From: Mobula hypostoma | Taxonomy: Eukaryota | NCBI RefSeq assembly: GCF_963921235.1 | Contig: NC_086108.1 | Coordinates: 53,074,001-53,138,000 of the forward strand | DNA length: 64,000 bases | Reading direction: 5' to 3' | Shown here: positions 36,666 through 49,000 of the stretch, one piece after another | Layout: every line of letters starts with the position of its first letter | Numbering within the stretch: position 1 is the first letter of the stretch | Notes under the pieces: model-generated | Told to the model about the DNA's origin: nothing | What the model saw: only the letters and a program-made list of their open reading frames with translations | Databases searched by the model: none | Position numbers and translations under genes: made by a program

Positions 36666-37305
36666 CTTCCACACTGCTAAGAAAGCTGCCATATACCTTG
36701 TACCCTGCCCTTAAGTTCAACCTTCCAAATTGTATTACTTCACATTTTTCTGGATTAAACTGCATTTGCTACTTCTTAGCACAGCTCTGCATCCTTGTCA
36801 ATGTCTCACTGTAAAGTGCAACAAACTTCTACACTATCCACAACATCAACAACCCTCATCTGCAAACTTACTAACTCACCCTCTTCCTCATCTAAGTTAC
36901 TTATTTAAAAAATCTCAGAACAGGTGTCCCAGAACAGATCCCTGTGGAACACTACTGGCTACTGACCTCCAGGCAGAATATGCTCCATCTACTATCACCC
37001 TCTGCCTTCTGTGGGTAAGCCAATTTCAAATCCATGCACTTAGTGCCACAGCTGATGAAGGCTAGTGTGTCACATGCCTTCTCCCCGCCCTGGACACTAG
37101 AATACTACAGCATAGTACAGGCCCTTCTCACCACCCGGTCTGCCTTTGTTGCAACTTTCAGGAAACTCTGCACCCATACCCCAAGAAAACAAGTCTCTGT
37201 CATTCTATGTATGTCCTTCCCTAGTTAACTTCCCAAAATGCATCACTTTGTACCTGTTCCGTCTGCCATCCCCTTGCTCTCTTTCCCTGTGGATCTAAGA
37301 GGAGT

Positions 37306-38645
37306 GGTGTGAGCTGCCTTAATGGCTATCACCCAGTGGCACTCACATCTACAGTGATGAAGTGCTTTGAGAGGTTGGTTATGGCTAGAATAAACTCCTG
37401 CCTCAGCGAGGAGCTGGACCCACTGCAATTTGCCTATCACCACACTAGGTTTCGGCAGACGCAATCTCAAAGGCTCTTCATGCGGTGTTAGATCGCCTGG
37501 ATAATACAAACACCTACGTCAGGATGCTGTTCATCGACTATAGCTCAGCATTTAACACCATCATTCCCATAATCCTGATTGATAAATTACAGAATCTGGC
37601 CCTCTGTACTTCCCACTGCAATTGGATTCTCAACGTTCCAACCGGAAGACCACAATCTGTGGGATTGCTGATGATATCTCCTCTTTGCGAAGATCAACAC
37701 TGGCGCACCTCTGGGATGTGTGCTTTGCCCACTGCTCTTCTCTCTCTATACCCTTGACTGTGTGGCTAAATATAGCTCAAATGCCATCTATAAATTTGCT
37801 GATGATACAACCATTGTTGGTAGAATCTCAGATGGTCATGAGAGGACATACAGAAGAGATATACCAGCTAGTTGAGTGGTGTTGCAACAACAACCTGGCA
37901 CTCAATATCAGTAAGATGAAAGAATTGATTGTGGACTTCAGGAAGGGTAAGACAAGGGAAGTGGAGAGAGTGAGCAATTTCAATTTCCTGGGTGTCAAGA
38001 TTTCTGAGGATCTGATCTGGTCCCAACACATCAATGCTGCTATAAGGAAGACAAGACAATGGCTATATTTCATTGAGAGTTTGAAGAGATTTGGTTTATG
38101 AACTGAAACTCTCAAAAACCTCCATAGATGTGTCATGGAGAACATTCTGGAAGGCTGCATTACTTTCTGGTACAGGCAGGCTACTGCACAGGACCAAAAG
38201 AATCTGCAGAAAGTCATAAAGTTAGTCAGCTTCATCTTGGGTACTTGCCTCCGCAGTACCCGAGACATCTTCAAAGAACGGTGCCACAAGAAGATGATGT
38301 CCATGCCCCTATCACTCAAGGCATGCCCTCCTCTCACTGTTACCATCAGGTAGGAGGTACAGAAGCCTGAAGGCACACACTCAGCAATTCAGGAACAGCT
38401 TCTTCCCCTCTGCCATCTGATTCCTAAATGGACATTGACCCCAACAACACTACCTCAATTTTTAAAATATGTATTATTTCTGTTTTTGCACTAGTTTTAA
38501 TCTATTCAGTATACATATTACTTACTGTAATTGATTGATTTTTCTTCTTTCTATATTATAATGTATTGCATTGAACTGCTGTTGCTAAATTAACAAATTT
38601 CACGACACATGCCGGTGATAATAAAACTGATTCTGATTCTGATTG
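37306..38645 (+). mobile_element. Rex1/Babar LINE, 5'-truncated RT to tail
   Basis: [69 protein letters not shown] then (CTGATT)n tail. Confidence 0.92.
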
Positions 38646-38649
38646 TGTT

Positions 38650-39930
38650 TTACTGTTACAACCTTCGACAATCTTCTCCACTGTTCACTATACCCACAAC
38701 TTTAGTGTTACCTGCGAACCCACTAATCATGCCATATCCTCATGCAAATCATTAATAAATATGACCAAGAACAGAGGACCCAGCGCCAATCTCTGCAACA
38801 CAATGTTGGTCACAAGTTTCTCGTCTAAAAAGCAACTCTCCACTGAAGTCCGTTTAGACAGCGACTACTGTCCTTATTTGTCAATCCTCTTGCTCACCTC
38901 CTTAAGAAACTCAATCAAATTTGTGAGACATGATTTCCCACAGACAAAACTATGCTGACGATTCCCTATTTAACCCTTGTCTTTCCAAATGCAAGCAAAT
39001 TCTGTCCATCAGAATCCTTGCCAATAACTTTCCCACTACCAATGGAGAGCTCAGCAGCCTGCATTATACTGGTTTATCCACGCTGCCTTTCGTAAGTAAA
39101 GACACAACATTACCCAACCTCCACTCTTCTGACACGGCAACAGTAGCTAATGAAGATACAAAACTTTCTGCCGGTGTCTCAGCAACTCCTCTCTTGCTTC
39201 TGATAACATTCTGGAATACACCTGGTCATGCCCCAAAGATGTATCCACCTTTATACATTCCAAAACCTCCAACACCTCTCCCTTTGTAATGTTGATATGC
39301 TCCAGACTATTGCTGTTCCCTCCACACCACCACCACCCCAACCCCCAACCGAGCTCACTGCCTTCCATGTCCTTCTCCATGGTAAATGCAGGTAATACAG
39401 AATAGTACAACACAGGAAAAGACACTTCAGCCCACAATGTAGTGCCAAACTAATTAAACTGATCAAACCTAATTCCTTTTCCTTCTCCCTGCAGAGCATC
39501 CATATCCCTTCATTCTCTGCATATTCATGTTTCTGTCTAAGTACTTCTTAAATCCTTCTATTATATCTGCCACCACCATCACCCCTGACAAAAAAAACTT
39601 CCCCTCCTCTCCTTAAAAGCATGCTCTCTAGTATTAGACATTTCAACCTGGGGATAAAAAGGATACCAGTTGTCTACTCTGTCCATGTCTTTCATGATTT
39701 TATAAACCTCAACCAGGTCTCCTGCAGATCCCACTGCTCCAGAGAAAACAGCCCAAAGTTTATTCAGCCTCTCTTTATAGCACAGACAGATGAGAAATAT
39801 TCATTTAAGAACCATTCCATTACCATTACCACTTTGATCCTTAAGGAAACCTACTCTCTCCCTAGCTACCTTTTACTCTTAATATAGGAACTTTCAGAAA
39901 TCTCCTTCACTTTATCTGCTAGGGATAACT
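38650..39930 (-). mobile_element. Composite of decayed CR1 fragments (second CR1 3' end nested at ~39390-39790)
   Basis: EVLEVLECIKVDTSLGHDQVYSRML; AATACAGAATAGTACAACACAGG tail. Confidence 0.75.
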
Positions 39931-42900
39931 CATGAATATCATGCTTCACTGTAATCCCAAATATTCTCTGTGTTCTCATACCAGCCAGTCCTTCACAGAA
40001 CTGGATTATTATGTTTTACAAGTAAATAGTGCCTGCTCAGTCAAAGCATTCAGAGGACAGGCATCATTTGTGGGATCTGGGATCTTAACAAAATGACACA
40101 TATTTCCTAAGCATAAAGATAGAAAAGGGAAAGAAAACATCAGAAAAGAAATTAATAAATGGTTGTTTCATTGAATAATACTATTGTTGTTTGGAGGGCC
40201 CTAGTTATTGATGTCTAAATTGATATTACTATTTTATGGTTTAAAGTAATATTTTTCTATGCCTTAGCTCCAAAGCAAAAATATAGCATTATGCTTGCAT
40301 GTTGATAAATACACATCTGAAATGTGGTTTTCTAATAGATTAAAATTCAGTCCCAGTATAGAGCTCAGCTGGCCCTTTCTTATTTTTCCCCCATTCACTG
40401 TTTTGTGCATAATATATGTCTTCTATTTGTGTTCCGTGGGGCTTTGGGTGTTCTGTCATCCTCCCTCCTAACCTTGTCGGTGTCAACTGGGTACAAAAGA
40501 CTCCAATGCTCTGGGCCTTGTGAGGCTGATTACTGTGAGTGACAAACTGGAGCAGTGAGTCCACTCAGCCTTCATAATAAATCTATCAAAAGGAAATAGA
40601 ATTCCATCAATCCAGCACCGTCCCCCAGGGTCACTGTGCTGGGATGAAGAGCGAGTTCCGTTGGGATTGTACAACTGTTATTATTCAATTACGATCTTTC
40701 CTTCTTGTTAAAGACCGTGATATCATTATCACTTAATGAATACATATAATTGGATCTGGACTATCCGTTCAGCTGATGAATGCCATTCACTATTCATTCA
40801 GGCTCAGCTCATCTTCATGTCATTTATTATACACATTTAGTGGAAATCATGATGATGACGGGGGAATTCTGAATTAGCCTTGCATTCATTCAATGCTCAG
40901 TTAAACACAAAGGCTAATAGAAGGTAAAAAAAAAATTTGTTGCTGCTGAAAAGCAGACTGCTGACCTCTTCCAGTCTGTGAGTTGTATCTGACAATTGGC
41001 ACCCAAAATCAAACCAGTACCTCTTTCTTGCATTGTTGCTAGTAAACACACCGTACCACCTTGTGATCACTGGTGAACAGATCGCCTCATTAATCCTACT
41101 TAGGATCTGTTGTTGGGTACAGAGAGAAGGACCCAGTCCAGCTGCTGCCCCTTAGTTCTCCTCTGAGCAGAAGGGAGCACATACTACCACCCGAAGCCAT
41201 TTCATACATCACTTCAAATTAAATTTACATCAAACACTACTCCATCACAGATACAAATCTTGACATTTTTCTTCCAAAACCCAGCTGATAATCTATTAAA
41301 CCCTACTATATACATGTCCCCTAATCTTACCTGAGCCTATGCATACCAAATAGAAAGTTTATGTTAAAAATTAAAGACCATTTTACAAGAACAAAGAACT
41401 TTATGATATGTTGACTTTGGGTAGGTTTTGTGACAGTATTGCCTCAGTCCATCAAACCAGACACTGAACTGTTGTCCCTGTCCAGTGGGTAGTTAATAAT
41501 TTATCTGGCAGACCATCCTTTTGTTTCTCCTAATGGTATGTCTATTTTATTTCAAATTCTTGGTAGTCTCTAGGAGCCTTACACCAGTCTTCGTTTTAAT
41601 CTAATGTTATGAAAGGAACAGTAGGGCACATATTGTCTCTTTAGCAATTAAGAAAATATTTGCAGGAAGAATCTAGAAGCAGTAACACTAAAGATGTGTT
41701 GTAAAATCATTACAATGAAAGAACTCAGGATTTAATTACCTCATTACCACATATGTTAATCCTTTTACATTTTCACAGTCCTCACATACAGTGAGACTTA
41801 ATTTGCTCAGCTCCTGGTTTGTCTTTAGGATTTATTCACCTCTCTCCCCCTTTCACTCTGAGGTACTTGTTGAACTTTTCTTCCTTTTACTGATTGTAAT
41901 ATGAAATATTTGAATTTTTAATATAACAATATATTTGCATGAATCTTTTTAACCAGTTGGTAATTGAAAATTCTTTCCTAGTGAGTAAAATACCAATGTT
42001 TTATTATTTCACATATCCCTTACCTTTGCTCCTTGTATTGAATGAGATAGACTTTGGGCATTCTGAGAGGACTGGTAAAATGCTATAAACCTTAATCTGA
42101 TCACTCCAAAAGCACAAGAATGTTGTTCTGTCCATTGATGGCATTGTAGATAGTACACCAACTTCATGCTGTCTGTCCTTTTTAATGACTTCAGCAGCTA
42201 GCCAGTGCTAACAGAGCTATTGATTGAATAAATCAGCAGGGAGTCAGAATCATGAATGGCCTGTAACAGTTAAGGCTAACTAGCATTATTTAAAGCTACC
42301 CTGTATATCTTTAAGGAGAAGTCGTTGTGACTGGGGCAAGTCCTGCCAGTAGTGTACTTGGGAAACAAAGAACCACAGAACATAGCAGACAGATTTCTCG
42401 ACCTACGAATTCTGCTCTGGAGGGCATGGTAAAAATAGAACAAAGGAAGAGGATGCCCTGTAAACACCAGGACATCCTGTGGACACATATCCAAAGGGGA
42501 GTTAATGTTTCTGAGGTCAATGCCAAGAATCATGCCCCAAGTACCCTGGTGAAAATCAGCAAATCACTGTTTGTTCAGATATTACCAAATGCTACCGAAT
42601 GAACTACTGGAGGCAGACATTCTCGTATCACCTACCTACCAATGATTTCTATTAAAAAAACAAGGCTCATATTTAACATCAACACCCTCCAACCCATCAT
42701 TGTACTTTTTCCAAACCTTGTAGCCCCATCTCACAGTTTAAACACCCACTGCTAGCTCCAACCTATGACAACCATTTCACTTTATCAAACTAAATGATGC
42801 TGAACTCCTCTCTCTCATAAGGGAAAGTCTCTCTCACAAGAAGATACATCAGCTGGAGTAAAGGTGTTGTGGAGAATGTCAACATTTTCTAGCCCAATAA

Positions 42901-43044
42901 TCTTTGGAGTAGCTATTTTGTTGCCCTAACAAGCAATGAGGCTGGAACCACTGATGTTGGTTATACTATCATACTTTATCTTTCTTTTCTCATTTCGTCC
43001 CATACCTTATTCGAATTTACCAGCTGATGATGCTATGAGCATGA

Positions 43045-43157
43045 ACCTCATATTTGCTACAATTTGTGGGCTGCCCTCTGTACATCCTTGGGTGTGCTGG
43101 TTGTTAACACAAACAACAAATTTCGAAGTGCAAGTGATAAATAGATCTGAAATCTGA
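43045..43157 (+). mobile_element. SINE 3' fragment
   Basis: GGGCTGCCC..CATCCTTGGGTGTGCTGGTTGTTAAC...GTGATAAATAGATCTGAAATCTGAA repeat-like tail. Confidence 0.45.
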
Positions 43158-44249
43158 ACATGTTGGTATCCCCATGCCAATCTTAATAATCATATGCCCT
43201 TCAATCTTACTATTGTTTCTATCCTCATTCAGATCCATAACTTGTTCAGCCAAGAGGACAGTAATGATGAAAACACGCCATCACTTACTTTCACATCCAC
43301 AGCCAGCTCATTATAACCAGTGCAGAATTTACAGATAGGGCAGGTGTTGTGCCATTGGGCAAGAGTAGCTTACAGCCAGGATGTAGTTTAAGGATGGAGG
43401 TGTTCACTTAGCAAACTTGTGCTGCAGTGGATTCAAATGAGGTTTTTCACAAAACATGTTATAGAAAAAGGATTATGGGGATGCACAATTAACTTGGGCG
43501 CCAGTCAAGCCTTGTCGTTCCTAGAATGTTATTGGAACTATGCTCATGCTGCCAAGTGGAGAAAATTCTAACAACTTAGCCACTGCTTTATGAAAGAGAT
43601 GATGGAAAGACGGTGAGGGGTTAATGGTATCATTCACTACTGAATATCCAGCCTCAGGCCTGCACTTTCAGCCACATTATTCTATAGAAATTTTCTGATC
43701 GCCAGTGACCTCACTAATGCTGATGATTGATCATGAGTGATTCAATAGTATTATGAATACCAATGAGAGGTTGTAGATATCTCTTGCAGATTTTTATCGA
43801 GTGGCATTTGCATGCATTGATTGTTATTTGCTATGTATCAGCCCACGTCTGAATGTTGTCCAAACTCAATGACATTGGATTGCAATGCATGCAAGCTTAA
43901 TCCTGTCCTCAGCTGACGTCCACAAAGGTACTTTCATCAGAGATCACTAGTTATTAATCAGAAGAGGAAGTTCTGATGGCTTGCCCTTTGACCTAGCCAC
44001 TGGGCTACTGAAATCAATTGTAAACCGTCCAAACCTGATAGCAGTTGAACCCGTCAGAACCAAGTGTACCAAGAGTTTCTATCACTCACAGCTGTTTTGA
44101 GAACAGGTCACAGTTATGAAGGACAAACGTACTAATAGAATATGTTACCCTATTCACCATTTCTAATTTAAACTATTCTTCATTTGTTATCACTCTGGAA
44201 TTTCTCAGACTCTTTCATAGAGTTCCACTTAACATTGGATACTTCTAAT

Positions 44250-45022
44250 TGTTTTTTGAACTGTATGCAAATGCAAGAATGCAGTTTACCATCTTCACTA
44301 CCCTATCTATCTGTGGTGTCATCTTCAGAGATCTTTGGGCATGAGGTCCCTTTCTGGCTCAGTATCCCTTGGGATCTAATGTTTATCGTGTATGTTTTCC
44401 ATTTATAAATATCCCCAAAGATAATCACCTCACACTTAGCAGGGTTAAATTATATCTACCATTTCCCTGCCCAATTTACCAACATCGGACTGCACTTGGA
44501 ATACTGTGTGCAGTTCTGATCAGACCATTATAGGAAGGATGTAGAGACTATAGAAAGGGTACAGAAGAGGTTTATCAGGATGTTGACTAGATTAGAGGGT
44601 ATAGAGTCTTAGAAAAGATTGGACAACCTTTGTGCTGTCTTTATACAGCCTCAGAGGCTGAGGGGAGACTAACTAGAGGATTTTAAGATTATGATAGGCG
44701 TACACAGGGTGGAAGTCAGAATATTTTTCTGGGGTAGAAATGTCAAACATCAGAGATCATGCTTTTAAGGTCAGAGGGGGAAGTTTAAAGGTGAAATGAG
44801 GGACAAGTTTTTTTCACGCAGAGAGTGGTTGCTGCCTAGAATTGGTTACCAGGGGTAGAAGTGACGTCAGGCAGTTTGGTGGAGCTTATGACATATTTAT
44901 ATGGACACGTGAATATGAAGCAAATGGAGGAATATGCACAGGAAGGGAAACAATTTACTGTAAACTGGCATAAAGGTCATCACAATATTGTTGGCCAAAT
45001 AGCCTGTTCAGTACTGTTCTAT
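44250..45022 (+). mobile_element. CR1 3' fragment with inverted 5' segment (44250-44483 minus, 44484-45022 plus)
   Basis: Minus part encodes W..KW...FNPAKCEV; plus part HLEYCVQF...IERVQKRFIRML to 3' UTR. Confidence 0.75.
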
Positions 45023-45034
45023 GGAAGCTGGTAA

Positions 45035-45370
45035 ATTGGTTTAGTATTGGCACATGTTCCAAGGTATGGTGAAAAACTTATCTTGCATACTGTTCATACA
45101 GATCAATTCATACAGCAGTGCATTGAGGTAGTGCAAACTAAAGCGAAACAGAATGCAGAATAGAGTGTTACAGAGAGAGTGCAGTAGCAGCATCAGTAAA
45201 CTTGGAGCTGGAGTTTGAGCAGAATCTGACAACACAGTCATGAGTGTAGAGGGAGTAGAGTAGGGGTTGACGACACAGCTTTATGGAGCACCAGTGTTGA
45301 GAATGACTGTGTCAGAGATGTTGCTGCCTAACCTTACTGACTGCAACCTGTTGGTCAGGAAGTTGTTAAG
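45035..45370 (-). mobile_element. Rex1/Babar fragment with internal deletion
   Basis: NFLTNRLQSVRLGSNISDTVILNTGAP joined to a 3' UTR. Confidence 0.75.
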
Positions 45371-45659
45371 AGTCACAGCTGAATCATATGAACAACAGTA
45401 GGAAGGGAAACAACTAGTTATCAGGCATTCAGGCTTCAGAAAATCTGGTAATATGGAACTAGGCGATGTTGTACTGACAGTCATATGCTGGTTCATCCCG
45501 CTGACTACTCTGCCATTGAATTTACCTCTAGGTGCAGCAGTAGAGCTATGACTATCAATACTTAGATACACTTCACATTTGCCTCAGTTTTACACCTGTG
45601 AGGAGTGGCATTGGGATAGTGACCAAGGAGGGTTGGAAGTAGGATATCATAGTGATGGA

Positions 45660-46020
45660 GATTTCATGAGATCTAATTCCATGTTGGTTTGGGTACCGAA
45701 TTATGAATAGTCTGATTCAACCAATGACAGACTAGGGAGGGAAATGTAGTCAGTAGTGGATGTGAAAAATTGAAATGAGTGGCAAATACATTAGTTTTAT
45801 TCTTCCTAGTGTTTAACAAAAGAAACATTAAATGCTGGGACATGACTGGACAAGGACTGGACAAAAATAGAGGATAAGTCTTGTTGGTTCCATTTGTCAA
45901 AATGCATGTGAAACTCCTTTCACATCTGTGGATGACTTTGTCAACATACTGAAAGTAGGTGAAGGGTAGGTGAGAATCAAGCATAGATCCTTTGGGGCCT
46001 TTCTCAGGCTCTAGGTAACA
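45660..46020 (-). mobile_element. Old Penelope GIY-YIG fragment
   Basis: RSFTC..TN, THFNF and RLFIIR.PNQHG-like motifs. Confidence 0.5.
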
Positions 46021-46029
46021 ACTCATCCA

Positions 46030-49000
46030 TATCTTAATGACCTTATCCACACCACCATGGTTTTATAAATTCTGTGAGGTCACCCCTCATTCTCCTGCAT
46101 TCCAGGAAATAAAGATCCAAACTGGCCAACCTCTCACTATAACACAGACTCTCTAGTCCAGGAAGCATCCTCATAAATCTCGTCTGCTAGCACTCCAGCC
46201 TGACAATGTCTTTCCTATGCCAGGGTGACCAAAACTGTACACAATTCTCCCTATGTGTCCTCACCAACTGCAACACAATGCCTCTTCTCCTGAACTGACT
46301 TTGACGAATGAAGGTTAGCATGCTAAGTACTTCCTTCACCACCCTGTCTACTCGTACGGCCACTTTCAGCAAACTGTGCACTTGTACTCCCAGATCCCTC
46401 TGTCTACGACACTCATCAGTGCCCTGTCATTCACTGCATAAGGCCTACCTTGATTTGACTGTCCAAAATGCATCACCTCACACTTACCTAAATTGTAATC
46501 CATTTGGTATTCCTCAGCCCATCTCCCTAACTTATCAAGATATCTTTGTAATTCATTGTAACTAGCTTTGCTATTACCATGAACTCCTCATTTAGTATCA
46601 TCAGAAAACCTGCTGATTGTGCCATGTGCATTCATATCCAAAGCATTTGCATAATTGATGAATAACAGAGTACCCAACATTGACCCTGGGGCACCCCACT
46701 GGTCACAGAACTCAAGCTGAGAATCGACCTTCAACCATTATCCTTTGATTCCTATCATTGAGCCAATTCTGAATCCATCTTGCTGGCCTCCCCTGAATCC
46801 CATGCAACCTGACCTTCAAGATTTGCCTATACTGTAGAACCTTGTGAAAGTCCATATAGACAGCATCTACTGCCCTACCTTCTTCTATGTCCTTAGTTAC
46901 CTCTCCTAAATAGGTTTGTTAGATATAAATTCCGATATGCAAATCCATGCTGACTATTCCTGATCAGACCTTGACTATCCAAGTGATGGTAGATCCCATC
47001 TCTCAAAATTCCCTCCAGTAACTTCCCTACAACGGAGTCAAGCTCACTGGCTTGTAGTTTCCTGGCCCATTCTTGCTACCCTCTTTGAACATTAATCACC
47101 TTCTAGTCTCCTAGAACTTCATCAGTGGTTAACAACGAGGCAAATATCTGTATAAGATCCTTTGGAATTTCTTCCTTGAACTACAATAAGGCATACGGAT
47201 ACACTTGGTCAAGTCCTAGAGATTTGTCCATCTTAATGTGTTGCAAGGCTGCTATTTCCTCCTTCCTCGGAATATGCACATAAATCAAGACTTCACTACT
47301 TAGTACCGTTATTTCTTTGGCATTCAAGATATTTTTCTGTGTACACACTGAAGAGAAACAGACATTAAAAATTTCAGCCATTTCTTGTGGCTCTGGTGGT
47401 CTTTAAGAGGTCCTGTCTCTCCCTAATCACCTTTTATTGTTAATATAACTGAACAACCCCTTGAAATTATCTTTAACCCTGTCTACTGAATTTATGTAGT
47501 ATCGTCTTGATGTCCTCCTGATTTCCCTCTTATGTCTATATTAAATGTTTTATACTTATCAAAGGATTCATCTGTACCCAGCTGCCTAAACACGAGATAT
47601 GCTTCCTGCTTTTTCCTTACCAGAGCATGAATGTCTCTCATCAGCCAGGGTTCCCTGAAATTGGTATGACTACCTGTCACTCACCATAACAGGAACATGC
47701 TGCCTTTGGGCTCTTGATATGATCTTTCTGAAAACCCCCCATTTGCCAACTGTTTCTTCGGCTTTAAGTGGAGTCGCCCAGTCAAGTCTAGCTAAGTCCT
47801 GCCTAATAGGCCCTGCTCCAGTTCAGGAGTTTAACTTGTGGATCTGTTCTATCTTTTTTCCACAACAGTTTTAAATAACTGGTTGAAATGTGGTCACTGG
47901 ACCCAAAGTGCTCCCCAACTGCCACTTCACTTCACTTGGCCTGCCTCGTTCCCTAAGAGAAGGTCCAGTATTGCTCCTGAATGAATGGGTTTCCTATTGC
48001 ATTAGGAAACTGTCTTGGATGCGCCACACAAATTCCACCACGTCCATGCCTTCGCAATTCAGGTGGCCCAGTCAATTCTAGGAAATTGAAATCTCCCACC
48101 AGCACTATCCTGCTAATCTCATAACCACATGAAATTTCTCAGCACCTCTGCTCCTCTGGCATCTGCTGACTTTTGGAGGGTGTGTAATATAGCCCTATCA
48201 AAGTGACTATCTCCTTCTTATTTTAAGTTCTAACCAAATGGCAGTGTTAGTGAAAGGAGGTGTTAGTGGAGCAGCCACTAGTTGGAGTAGGGCAGCCATT
48301 TGGTTAGACGTGGTCCAGTTTGGCTCAAAAGGCTTGGGCAAGCACAGGTGGACTAACTAAGTAAGTTTCTAGTAAGTTTTTTTTTGTTAGCACATAACCA
48401 GTGCCCTGAGAATGGGTCCTGAGGTAGTAGTATGTTCTTTGTGGAGGATATGGGAACCCTAGGAGATCTCCAGTCTCCATGATAACTATATCTGCACAAA
48501 GTGCATAGAGCTGCAGCTCCTTAGATCATGTTAAGGAACTGGAGCTGCAGTTTGATAACCTTCTACTCATATAAATGAGGAGGTGTAGATAGAAGCTACA
48601 GGAGGGTAGTCATCCCTAAATTCCAGGAGGCATGTACCTGGGTGACTGTCAGGAGAGGGAAAGGGAATAGGCAGCCAGTGCAGAGTACCCCTGTGGCCAT
48701 TCCCCTCAATATGCCACTTTGGATACTTTTGCAGGGTATGACCTACCGGGGAAGCTGCAGTGACCGTGTCTCTCACACTGAGTCTGTCTCTGTGACTCAG
48801 AAGAGAAGGGGGAGCAGAGGAGTGCAGAAGTGAGAGGCAATCCCATAATTAGAGGAGCAGAAAGCAGATTCTGCAGATGTGAAATAGACACCTGGATGGT
48901 ATGTTGTCTCCCAGGTGCCAGGGCCAGGGTTGTCTTGGATTGGGTGCACAGCACTTTAAAGGTAGAGGATGAACAGCCAGGTATGGTGGTACATATTGGT

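Larger units (their letters stand above)
34505..37030 (-). mobile_element. CR1 LINE fragment hosting a MITE and a solo LTR
   Basis: MQFNPEKCEVIQFGR before the LTR; CR1 RT end and 3' UTR on the other side. Confidence 0.85.
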
